Assembly (NCBI RefSeq): GCF_963676685.1
Contig: NC_092352.1
Location: 80,228,001-80,292,000, forward strand
Length of the DNA: 64,000 bases
Source of the DNA: Mytilus edulis
Taxonomy: Eukaryota
Direction of reading: 5' to 3'
The notes under the pieces were generated by a model. The model had not been told where the DNA came from. It was given only the letters and a program-made list of their open reading frames with translations, and searched no databases. This document shows, one piece after another, positions 38,101 through 50,279 of the stretch. Every line of letters starts with the position of its first letter. Position 1 is the first letter of the stretch. Made by a program: the position numbers and the translations under genes.

Positions 38101-38411
38101 GTGAACACTTTATGTTTGTCGAAGGATGTGGTCAATATTTATAGAATGATATAGATCTTGAAAGTTTGATTGAAAAATTCTTCAAAAGGGTAATATAATA
38201 ATTATTATCATACCTTATAAATTTTCAAAATGGGATAAGTTAATAAGTTGAGGAAAATCATATACTTTAACTAAATAGTAATATAAAGGTAAGCCTTATG
38301 TGGTTCTTCTTCTTTTGATTACGGACTGAAACATTTCGAATTGTTACCTTTTTACCTTTTTGTCTGATTGTTTGCTCACACATTGTTGTCAATATAATGT
38401 ATTTCTATGCG

Positions 38412-38521
38412 ACTGTCAGACTGATTTGTACAAGTGAGAGGCTTATCTAGCGATAAAACCAGGTTTAAACCACAATGTTCTACATTAGGGAATGCCTGAT
38501 CCAGGTCAGGAATATGGCAGT
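38412..38521 (+). ncRNA. Decayed type-P5 twister motif (PLE family D)
   Basis: ACUGUCA..AAGUGA G A GGC..AAAACCAGGUU UAA ACC AC..G CCUG AUCCAGGU CAGG AAUA UGGCAGU. Confidence 0.55.
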
Positions 38522-39244
38522 TGTATTCCATTCGTTTGATGTGTTTAAGCATTTAAGTTTGCCATTTTTTCCGTTTTAAATTAAATCTCCTCGGAGTTCG
38601 TTTTTCTTTTCTTTTACTTTTAAAACTAATTTGCACACAACTTTTGAATAGTATAAGGTGTCAGTTTATGATGGTATAAGGTCTGGAGTACATGGAGTCA
38701 CTCTGCAGATTTTTTTTTCAGATACGTTTGATTTTATTTGCAATTTCGAACAAATTATATCTTCCTTAAAACAGACGACACCACTGTTCAACATGTCTTA
38801 ATTCTATTTAAATAATGCTATATTTACAGCTGTTAATTTCTGTGTCATTTGGTCTCTTGTGGAGAGTTGTCACATTGGCAATCATACGACATCTTCTTTT
38901 TTATATTAAGATATTAAAAGTGCAAGCCAATGTTTATCTTGAGAATTGAAAATACTTTTAACATGTCATGAATATCCTCTGAGCTTCCTTTAAATATTCA
39001 TCGTCTAACTAATGAAAAAGACTTTATAACTATCAAGCATGCCAGGGTACATTAAAAATATATCCTCAACAAATATGACAGATTATAACTATTCTTGTTC
39101 CAATTGACCTATGCATTTCGATATCTCTATTAAGGTTGAAACAATGTCAAACACAACCATTGAATCATTTAATCCAAATTACTGAATAGAGTGTATAGTC
39201 GATTATGAATAATAAGGTGAATATTCAATGATTATAAATTCAAC

Positions 39245-39735
39245 GATTATAAGGGATTCACACTCGTAAGTCAAACATAAAATGACAACTACACAAAAAA
39301 AAGAAAAGCGGCGAAAAGACAAACAGCAGTACAAAAAACACAACATCGAAAACTAATAGCTTAACAACCCAACCAAATATCATGGGGTGGTATCAGGTGC
39401 GCCACAAGGGTGTGCAGATCCTTCTCTAAGTGTGGCACCTGTCGTGTTGATAATGCAACTACAAATCCGGTGATCAGTCTAATTCTGTATGTGACATTAG
39501 AGGGAAGAGAACGTGATTGTGGTTATAACAACTTCACTACTTAGAACTATTGGTTCAATAGCTCAACAATAAGCAGTAACCTACTATCAAGGAACTCATG
39601 ATAGACAATGCAATTTCTGGAGTATAATGGTATCAACTGCCAGATATATACCACGTCTGTAGGTGCTGCTGGAATGTTGATTCATAGAAACGAAAGTTCA
39701 CAACTAGGGAAGCTGAAATCATTTTTGTCGTCTCT
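39245..39735 (-). mobile_element. Degenerate PLE family A-like 3' fragment
   Basis: The reverse complement matches FSFPxVNF..NIPAAP.DVVYI and the family A UTR (GGTGCCACAC..GGATCTGC..GCACCTGA). Confidence 0.7.
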
Positions 39736-39934
39736 CATTTTTTGAATAAACATAACATTGTAAAACAATTTGTAACTTATAAATACACACTTAGAGTTTA
39801 ATAATTTTGTCATCTTTGTAAAGCTGAGGTATCAAAAAAAACATACGGGCGAACTGAGATATTTTAAAATTTCATCTGTTTAATTTATCCACTTTATGGT
39901 TTGTTTGAGTCGTTTGGTCTACAAGTATATTTGA

Positions 39935-40095
39935 ATTTTTGAATTCCAAATTTGGGTCATCAAAGTTTTTTTATCTTCGTACTTTATAAGGAATTTTAAC
40001 GTTTTTAATTCGAATGTCATTGATGAGTCTTCTGTAGACGAATAGTACGTCTGGCGTATATAATTTTAATCCTGGTATCTATGATAAATTTATTT
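39935..40095 (+). mobile_element. Retrozyme-like repeat fragment with a mutated hammerhead (40015-40056)
   Basis: UGUCA UUGAUGA GUCUUCUGUAGAC GAAU AGUACG UC UGGCG. Confidence 0.7.
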
Positions 40096-40239
40096 GGCTC
40101 ACTGTCTTTCTCTGATTAAATCAGATGTAAAATAAACAAAGTCATCAACTCTTGAAGCTTCACTCACATCAAGTTTTTGTTTCATGATTTAACCAGTGCA
40201 TGTAACAATTAGTTGTAAGTCAAATAAAATGATGATAGA

Positions 40240-41600
40240 GTTACAAACAACGGTATATTGCTGGGTCTTCCAAGTGCTCCACGAAAACTCTTTATAAATT
40301 ATGAACATCAATGTTATCAGCAATCAAAGCCGGGCTTCAAAGTTATTGTGAAACTGCCTATTCTAGAGGTGGCGTGAATCAGATGTGGACACTAAAAAAT
40401 TCTGAAGATCTTTTAGAGTACATACAATCTAAGACTGTTTCATCTACACTTTACACAAGTATTCCCCATTCCAAACTAAACGACACATTGAAAGAGTTGG
40501 AATTGCTTTTGTTCATAAAAAATGTCCAACGTAGATACAAGTATCTTGTCTTAAGGAGGGACAAATCCTACTTTGTAAAAAATCACTCAGATTCAAACAA
40601 AAATATCTCTGAAACTGACATTAGCAAGATGCTTGATTTCTTGATTGACAACATATTTGTTACGTTTGGAGGACGTGTTTTCGAACAAATAATCAGCATT
40701 CCCATTGCAAGCAACTGTGTCCCTCTTCTTGCCAACTTGCTCATTTATTCCCATGAGGCTGACTTCAAACAGGAACTTTTTAGGAAGAAAAAAAGAAGTT
40801 AGCAGTATCCTTTTACTTTAAATTCCGCTATATAGATGATGTTATCTCACAAAATAATAAAAAAATTGGTGACAATGTTGTACGCTTGTATCACATCGAA
40901 CTTGAGATAAAGGATACAACAGATACAGTTAAGTCTGCCTCATATCTTGACTTACATCTAGAAATTGACAATGAAGGTCGGTTGAAAACAAAAGAGAGGA
41001 TTTAAGCTTCCCGATTGTGAATTTTCCATTTCTATGTAATAAGGTAGCAACATTCAAGCTGCGCCTGCATACGGAGAATATATCTCGCAATTGAAACGAT
41101 ATTCCCGGGTTTGTATTTCCTATCATGATTTCCTTGATAGAGGGTTGCAGCTCACAAGGAAGCTATTAAACCGAAACTTCCAAATGGTGAAATTGAAATC
41201 ATCCCTTCGTAAATTTTACGGACGCCATCACGAGTTGGTTGACCGTTATGGAATATCCGTTTCACAGATGATAGCGGACATGCTCTAAATGTTCTAACTA
41301 CAATCTTGTACCCTTTTCACGAATGTGACCTACCGATTTAGACTTGTTACTGGGTTTGTACTAACATAAGCAACATAAACGGGTGTCACATGTTGAGCAG
41401 AATCTGCTTACCCTTCCGGAGCACCTGAGATCACCCCCAGTTTTTTGTTGGGGTCGGGTTGCTTATTCTTAAGTTTTCTATATTTTGTTTTGTAAACAAT
41501 TGCTTTTCTGTTTGTCTTTATCTATTTTAGCCATGATGTTGTCAGTTTGTTTTCGATTTTTTTAGTTTGAATGTCCCTCTGGTATCTGTCGCAACTCTTA
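40240..41600 (+). mobile_element. 5'-truncated, decayed PLE family A
   Basis: ORFs 40311-40802 and 41091-41288 are colinear with 712-2087 (YSRGGVNQMW, MLDFLIDNIFVTFGG, HHELVDRYGISVSQM). Confidence 0.88.
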
Positions 41601-42088
41601 TACAGGAGCACAGAGAACCACAGTTTGTTAATGATTCCTACATAGTACATAACCTCTGTTTTCTTTGCACCTTGATTGTAGACTTTCAAAAATAATCTTA
41701 ATTGAGGAGTATTATATTACTTACAAAATAGCCCAACAACTGATGTATCGACTCTTATTAAATATAATTGCAAAACATAAATGATTGATAGTTCCCGAGA
41801 GAAAAATATAAGTCTATCAGTAATCGTGTTCTTGCCGCATCATTTGTTCGTAGTTTTGAACAAACAAAAAATTTAAACAAAACAGTAAGAAAATTGTGTA
41901 TCTATTTCAATTGCGACTTTTAACTGCGTGGTAATTTGAAAGGCGGGTCATTCATGCGTAACATTAATCGCTTATCCAGTTGAGTCTCTCGATCTACCTC
42001 CTTTTGATTTCATGCTTTTCTCCCATTTTCTGTTTATAACCTTGATTCGTCTCTTCCTTACGTTAATAAGAAAATGCTTTATTTATAT

Positions 42089-42090
<2 letters not shown>

Positions 42091-42129
<39 letters not shown>

Positions 42130-45100
42130 CAACTTTAAATATTTCATTTCATTCCTGGTTGTGAACAATGTCCCTTAGCGCTACAACAATGACGCTAAGG
42201 TTCCTCCCTGTGTTATTAATTGCTAATAAAACCAGGGGATTTGATTAGCAAAATATACTTTATATTTATATCTTTTGTTAGTTGCATATTACAAAGTATT
42301 CATACGAGCACACAATACATACATATTATTCAAACAGTGATCCTATATATAAACAATCATATAAGAAAGAAATTATAATAATAAAAAAAAAAACCAAAAA
42401 GACGGATTTTTGTCCGTCATTTGTTTTGATTGTATAAAACTAGTTTAACCGAAAGTAGAATGATCAAGAATGATCAAGCATGGTCGACCTCATGGCTAGA
42501 CGAATAATTTCATGAAGTGGTGAGTAATTTATTGCAGTCATCAAGTGACTTATCAAATGTGTAAATTTCTAAACTTATAATAATCAAATATTTCTGGTAA
42601 GTAATAATGAAATATATTGAAGAGATCAAAGAAGGAGCTATTGACCCCTGATCTTGATTGATTTGTAAATTATTGATTGATTGATTCTTTGTTATTTAAA
42701 TACTGACTGAAGTATTTATATTAGATCTAATTCTCCTAAAAAATAGATATAATCAAAGTTTGGATATTTTCCTCTGAAATTTTTTCAAAAATAGATTTTC
42801 TGGATGATATAACATTTGTGTTTCAATCTCATTTTTTAGAACTGACAACATGTTCACAAATTTAGTTCTCTTTTCTGATAAATAAAAACATTTATAAATC
42901 ACAAAACAAATCATTGTTATGACATGATTAAGTGGATTATATTCAATATCTTCAATTTTATATCCAAGCACAAGATTTTTAAGACAGAAGACATGTTGGT
43001 CTATATTGAAATACATAAATATGTCATAAATTATTGACCAATAATTTTTTACCCATTTACATTCAAAAAAAAATGATTATAGTTATCACATTTGGAACAA
43101 ATCACACAATTTGGATTATCAGATATTTTCCAACGGTGCAAATTAGAATTAATTGCTGTAATATTATGCAGTAATTTCCATCTAAACATTTTCATTCTAT
43201 TATCTTTTAAAAAATGGAACGTAAAAATAAGGTTCTTCTTTATAAAATAAGTAACGTTATCAAAAGTGAAATGATTTTTCCATACATAGAATCCTACTGG
43301 GAGCTCTTTGTTAGATATAATTAAAATATTATATATTTCTTTGAATGAAATTTTGTCCAGATTGTAATACAATCCATGGCTATTCATCTTTATATCATGT
43401 TGAAAATGAATTTTAGTATTTAAAGATGTTTTACTCTTTAATTTTTCTTTCCAAGATTTGGGTATGGCTTTACGTAAAATACATGTTTCTGCTATCCAAT
43501 TTTGTTTCCTTTTAAGTTTGTCTAAGATTTTTTTTGAAATTTCTCCTTTATCGTCAATTATATCGTTTATAAAAATTATATCTTCTTCTATCCAATGTTT
43601 AAAGTACAAACTTTTGCCTTGATTCTTAATATATTGATTTCCCCATATAACTTGTTTCCTGATATCTAAATAGGTTTCAGGTTTATTTGTCTTCCCGCCA
43701 CCATTTTTAATCCAGCATTTTAAGATTTCTAAGTAAAAAGTAGGCAGGTTTTTTATGTTTTCTAATGATTTATGAGAACCCAGATTCATTTTAAATATAA
43801 GGTTTTTACCCCCAAACTCACTGAAATAATAGGTTGGAATAATTTTCCAGTTTGCCCAAGTTTCATCTGTAAGTCTTTTTACCCAATTTATTTTCATTGC
43901 CTCAATGTAAGAATCTATATCTGTCATTTTTAACCCCCCTTCTAAATAATTTTTTCTTAGCACTGAGCGTTTAACTTTCTCACTACCACCCTCCCATAAA
44001 AAATTATATATCATCTTCTTAAACTTAGATATAGTTTCTTTGCACAGATTTATTAGTGATGCAATATATGTTATATTAGGTATGACAAGTGTTTTGATGA
44101 TAGTGATTTTACCAATCATGCTAATTTTCCTTTTTTTCCAATCATTAATTATTCTTTCTGATTTTTCCAACTGTTTTTCTGTATTAAGTTTTTGACATTC
44201 TTTCTTATCAGAGCCAAAATAAATACCAAGACTTTTTACGTTATGTTTCCAATTGATATTTTCAAATTTGTCTTTGCAGTGTTTAAGTTTACCTAGCCAT
44301 ATACCTTCTGTTTTGTTTCTATTGAGTTTGAGTCCTGAGAGCGATCCAAAGGTTTCAATAATATTAAGTGCATGCTTTATTTCATTTTTAGATTTTAGAA
44401 AAAGAGTTGTGTCATCTGCTAATTGTGAAATTTTTAGACTATGAGTTTTTTTTATCAATTTTGATTTGTATTCCTTTTATATCATTAGAGTCTCTTATTC
44501 TGCAAGCAAGTAATTCAACTGATAAAACAAACAATAAAGCGCTTAAAGGACACCCTTGTCGAATTCCGCGCTCAATATTAAAGGTTTCTGAAATCCACCC
44601 GTTATTTAAGATACATCCTTTTATGTCATAATATAGGGTTTTAACCCACTTCTGAAATGATTCATTAAACCCAAATTTCTTTAATGATTCCAGCATAAAA
44701 TCCCACTCCAGTGAATCAAATGCTTTAGAAAAGTCAATAAATAGTATAGCTCCTTCAATATTAAAATTTTCAGAATAATCTATGATGTCCTGAATTTGAC
44801 GCACATTGAATCCTATATAGCGATTTTTTATGTATCCATTTTGGTCTCTATGGATTATTAATGGTAAGATTTTCTTAAGTCTTTGTGCTAAAGTATATGT
44901 TATTAATTTCACATCTATATTTAATAAAGTTATTGGACGGTAGTTATCCAGGGACAAAGGGTCATTTTTCTTATAAATTAATGATATAATCCCAATCTTT
45001 TGGGTATTAGATAAAGATTCTTTATCATAACAAGTATTAGAGACTTTCAAAACTATGTTCTTTAGTTTTGACCAAAATTGTCTGTAAAACTCTACAGTTA

Positions 45101-46600
45101 AACCGTCTTTCCCAGGTGTTTTATTTAGTTTCATTTTAAAAATAGAGGATGTTAACTCTTCTAGTGTTAATTTACCATCTACTTGTTTACTTTCAGAAGA
45201 TGTCAAAGAATGATTTATCTTTGTTCCTTCAATATATGATTTTAAGATTTCAGTATCAGGGTTAGAGCTTTTGTATAGGACTTTGTAGTACTCTTTACTC
45301 ATATCAAGAATTTCACTTTGATCTACAGTTACCTCCCCATTTTGGGACAATAACTTATTAATAGATTTTTTTGATTGCCTGTGTTTTTCTAAAGATAAAA
45401 AGAATTTTGTATTTTTTTCACCTTCCTCAACCCATTTGATTCTTGACCTAATTTGAGCCCCTTTTGCTTTTAATGAATATATTTGGTCTAATTCATTTTC
45501 TAATTGTTTAATTTCATTTAAAAGATTATTATTTGTGTCTGTGGGTAATGTATCTAACCTATCGTTTAAAGTTTTAATTTCGCTTTCCAAAACATTGATT
45601 TTATTTTTTCTTTCTTTGGCTTTCGATTTACAGTATTTAATTGTAGTGTCTCTGATTTCAATTTTGAACAAGTCCCACTGAGTAAGAAGATTTTCATTAT
45701 TAAATTTATTCTCATACTTATCAATCAATTTATTTATTATTTCTTGATATTGAAAGTCAGCTAATATACTATTATTCATTTTAAAGTAACCCTTTCCTCG
45801 ATTACTTGAATAAATATCTACTTTTAAAGAAATAGCTTGGTGGTCTGTACTTGAAATGTGAGCTGGTCTGATGTCAGCTGATACTGTCAGCGTGCGTACT
45901 TGTGAACTTATTATAAAAAAGTCAATTCTACTTGCCTCATTTGTAGAATTTTTTCTTTTCCATGTATATTGTTTTTTGGTTTTATTTAATAGCCTCCAAA
46001 TGTCTATCAGTTTATTTGTTTTAATTACCTGTTTAAGATTATTTACTGGTTTTTTAAACTTTTTATGAAGATTTTGATTTTTTGTATCTAAACTAGATAG
46101 ACGGTCGTTCATATCTCCTCCTACAATTAATGCACCAAGACTGTGCTCTTCAATTAAACCTTGTACTTTTTTAAAGAATGTGTTCCTTGCGTGGACTTCA
46201 TTTGGTGCATACAAGTTTAATAAAGTAAATATCTTATCTTCTATTTCCAAATTAATTAAAATTATTCTTCCTTCATTGTCACAAAATTCATTTATTATTT
46301 TAAAATCGAGTGTTTTGCGTATAAAGAAAGAAACACCTCTCGAATTTGTTTTGCCTAAACTGTGATGGTGTTTTCCATGAAATTCATTATTAATTTTCGT
46401 TATAATATCTTTTGAAAAATGGGTTTCTTGTGCCATTAAAATGTCACACTTTTGTTGTTTAAACCATGTGTATAGTCTAAAGCGTTTATCCTTCTTTGCT
46501 AACCCTTGACAATTTAATGAACAAATATGAAGATTTTTAATGTTCATAGTAGTTAGTTGTATTTGTTGTTATAGAAAACAGTTCTAAAAAAAAAAAACAT
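42091..46600 (-). mobile_element. Tx1/L1-clade non-LTR retrotransposon: complete ORF2, ~620-nt 3' UTR and 39-nt poly(A); ORF1 absent
   Basis: Poly-T at 42091-42129 on the plus strand. The 5' boundary is approximate and no firm TSD was found. Confidence 0.9.
42753..46547 (-). pseudogene. LINE ORF2 (APE endonuclease, RT, CCHC knuckle; ~1260 aa) split by two single-base frameshifts
   Basis: SLNCQGL, QETH, NLYAPN, GGDMN, SRIDF, TDH (APE); KTPGKDG, YRPITLLN, DFSKAFDS, RQGCPLS, QLADD (RT); CVIC..H..C after repair. The shifts fall in homopolymers at 44446-44453 and 43065-43073. Confidence 0.92.
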
Positions 46601-47556
46601 TTAAATGCCAACAGAAGTTTTGTTTATCGAGCTTGATCATGACCCAGATAAACACCAGGTTATTTATAGATCTATATATAGCATTGTGAAAGGTTAAATC
46701 TATTTTTAGTTTCATTACTGACTTTCCGAAAATCTCTCTTAATAGGTAATTGAAATGTACCGGATTTAGATAGTTTTGAAGTGTAATTATTTTGATGTTA
46801 AAATTGACACTTACGGTATTTATAAGTATAGACTATTCCATTGAATTAGAATGACACATTCATATTAATATTAGAAATAAAATATAAATGCTATTCCATG
46901 CAAACCGTGTCATGATAAAATTTGTGTACACTTAAGAAACGTATCGTTCTTTAAATGTTGTTCTGAAATAATATAAATTGTCAAGTGCAATAGTACTAAC
47001 AAATAACCCTATTTCAAATGTAGTCTCTCTAGTTTAATTGAGGATCAAAGAGACTAGTATTTGCTTATGAAAACAAAATGTTTGATAACCAATTTCTTTT
47101 CACAGCAGTTATTCTTTGTATTTCTGTGAAAATTGGTTGTTTACAAAACTCTTTGAATATGAAAGAATTTCAAATAAAAAAGATTCTATTTTTAATGATT
47201 TTAAATGGCATCTCGACACTGTTCGCACTGATGTTAAAGTTCATTTCATTTCAAAGGGAATGCCTAGATTTGATACAGAAATAAGAAGATGTGGTATGAT
47301 TGCCAATAAGACAACTCTCAACCGAAGACCAAATGACTTAAAAAGAAAGAAATAAATGTGATAAAACATCTAAACTAAATTGTTATAGCTTGCCCTCATC
47401 GTGGTACGTTAGCACCTAGCTATTATTTATCAGCAATTAACTCAAAATGACGTCTGCCTTTCTTTATACTTATTCGTAGAAAACATAAAATAGTTCCCGC
47501 TGTACATGTTATTATATTAATGTGACCGAAACAGTGATTTGTCGGTTAGAATAGAG

Positions 47557-47875
47557 TAGTATACCGCTGTTCGAAAGTCATAAATCAATTGAGAGAAAAC
47601 AAATCCGGGTTACGAACTAAAACTGAGGGAAACACATCAAATATAAGAGGAAAACAACGAAACAACAGAAATACTAAAAGCAAACAAAAAACCAAACGAC
47701 AATGAAACACACACAGCAACGAACTATAAGATAACAATTGCCATTTTCCTGACTTGGTACAGGACATTTTAAAAAAATAAATGGTGGGTCGAACCTGGTT
47801 TTGTGGTTGGCCAAACATCCCGCTTTCATGGCAAAGATAAATATAACACTAAAATGACACTATCACATGACAAGA
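47557..47875 (-). mobile_element. 3' UTR fragment of a presumed PLE (family E); a related tail lies at 55150-55397 (+)
   Basis: Carries the same twister module as family D. The terminus GAACAGCGGTATACTAC is shared with 55368-55384. No RT sequence is attached in this window. Confidence 0.6.
47738..47834 (-). ncRNA. Type-P5 twister motif (family E) with two core substitutions
   Basis: UUGCCAU GAAA GCGG G A UGU UUGGCCAA CCACA AAACCAGGUU C G A CCC AC CAUUU..AAAUG U CCUG U ACC AA GU CAGG AAA AUGGCAA. Confidence 0.7.
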
Positions 47876-48499
47876 CTAAAAAAGTAAAAAGTAAGATAAT
47901 AAAAATACCGACCTGCAATGGAAATGCTAAAACGCAAAGTCCTTTATAAAATGACAAAATCAAAAGCTCAAACACATCTAACGAATAGAAAAATAACTGT
48001 CATACTCCTCACCGAGTATGGGTATTTCCTTATGTATAAACTTGATTTTTAAACTAGATAACCCATTTATACGAGCGCTGCATTGCATTCCATTATATTG
48101 TGTGAGGAAAGCAAAGACATAATAGCTAAAAACGTCAAAAATTGGGGTAAAGCAGACACCATTGTAATATAATTTTAATCACAATAAAACAAATAACTGG
48201 TTCAACAAAGAAACAGAAAAGGGCATAAAGACAAAGTATAAGCAAATATGAAAGAATGTATTTCAAATTTGACCATAGCACAATATCGGGATGTATAAGT
48301 ACCGAGCCACGTATGTATATAATCCTAAATGGGCTTAACATTAAAAGAAATTATTTACACAGACAAATATTATCAGATTATTACATGGCATTTTTCATAT
48401 CAGATGTACATTTTTTTTTCTGATGTATTATCAGCTCAAGGTTCAATATCAGCCCAAGAACCGAGGGCTGATAAAACATCTTATATGAAAATTGACATG

Positions 48500-48711
48500 T
48501 TATGCGGAGCCGGATCTGCTTACCCTTCCGAAGCACCTGAGATCACCCCCAGTTTTTGATGGGGTTCGTGTTGCTTAGTCTTTACTTTTCTATGTTGTGT
48601 CTTCTGTACTACTATTTTTCTGTTTGTCTTTTTATTTTCAGCCATGGCGTTGTCAGTTTATTTTCAATCTATGAGTTTGACTGTCCCTCTGGTATCTTTC
48701 GTTCCTCTTTT
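48500..48711 (+). mobile_element. PLE family A terminal fragment
   Basis: GGATCTGCTTACCCTTCCGAAGCACCTGAGATCACCCCC..GGTATCTTTCGTTCCTCTTTT. Confidence 0.8.
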
Positions 48712-50279
48712 ATGATCTTTTTATCATATGCTTCAACAATGAAGAAAAATTACAGTTTAATATATTGAGCCTTTTAAGTGGTTTTTACGTAGAAGTTAAA
48801 AAAATAAACTACTAAAATTAACTTTCTGCTCAAATACTTTTCGGTCAGACGAAGTCTTGAAACGTAGTGAGAAATATAAATTGCAAGAGAGTAACTGAAT
48901 TTAATTTTAAGAGCTCAAGGAAAATCATTAGAAATGAAATCTTTTTATTACTAAACAAATCATACACAAAGTGAACAATTTAAATCGTTTTAAGCATTGT
49001 GCATATTTGTCCGTGTAAACATTTAATGCATACATTAACTTTCTTTAAATTACTATCAATCAATCTAAAAAAAAAAGAGGCAAATGTATGTTAAAGATAA
49101 AAAGACACCGATCATAAAAGCAAATTAAACACCTTAAGTTTTGCAATAAACTGGCACCAACACTGTCAAGAATTTTGACTGCGATCATGACCTTGCAGAC
49201 ATTTCAAAAGCAGAAAAACAATCAAATGGGATTTATTTTCTTCTATATCAATCATTATACTCTAGGCCAACAGGCTTTCCGTCAATCAGTTTGCTCTCCG
49301 GATGATAAATCAAATACTTAATATCAGATTGCAATCCTTGAATGTATGATTATTTCTAAATAATGAGTAGTGATTATTCCTTTTGATGTCGAGGTCACTG
49401 TCTAAAGGTCAAGGTCAAAGCTGTTAAACATAGACTTAACATTTGTGCAGCAATGTGGCTTCCGGGTGCTATTTTAAATACTTTATATTTATGTCACAGA
49501 AGCTTTATTTAAAATCGACTGAAATTTGTGAATAAAAGGTGTTTCTATATGATAAGTCAAATGTTTAACATGGGATTGGAACCTGCTATATATTACAAAA
49601 TATTGTCATACCTGTTTAAATTGTGTTACAATAGTCATTTTGGGGGCCCTTTATAGCTTACTGTTCGGTATGAGCCGAGCCTCCGTGTTGAAGGCTGTAC
49701 TTTGACCTATAATGGTTGACAATAACAAACTGTTACTTGGATGGAGAGTATTCTCATTGGCATGCATACCACATCTTCTTATATCTATATATAATGGAGT
49801 TAAAATCCTTTCTTTTTTAAGTTTGAAATAACTTTACACTAGTAAACTAATCTTGATCTGAAAAGGTCATTTTGAACTGTACATCACCTATACGACTAAA
49901 CAATAACTTTTCAGACGTATATACTGCGGTTAATTCAGAACTGTTCAGACAATTCACTTTAATTCAACAATGTGCAATTAAGTTCTGATCAGTAGCTTTT
50001 CATGCAATTCATTATGTTGTGTTGTGTACAGGTACAGTTCCCGAACATTATGTACATAGATTAAACAGCTTATAATTAACATGGATTTACTCCTGACATA
50101 AAAACTGTTCCAATTGTGTTGAGAGAAGAACTAACTGAAATTGACACAACATATTAAGAATTACGGTAATCATCTCGAATTTGATGACTGACGATACGAC
50201 CATCCTGAAACGGTTGTCTTTCTTCTTTATTATATTCGTATTGTTCCCTAAGTTTGACCTTCTTTCAAATGTAGTGACA

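Noticed and set aside
46659-46667. TTATTTATA as TSD of the LINE (also near 42079-42087)
   Set aside because: Low complexity in AT-rich DNA and not flush with the poly(A).
48843-48872. CAGACGAAGTCTTGAAACG as a minimal hammerhead
   Set aside because: Core mismatch, no stem I and no NUH triplet.
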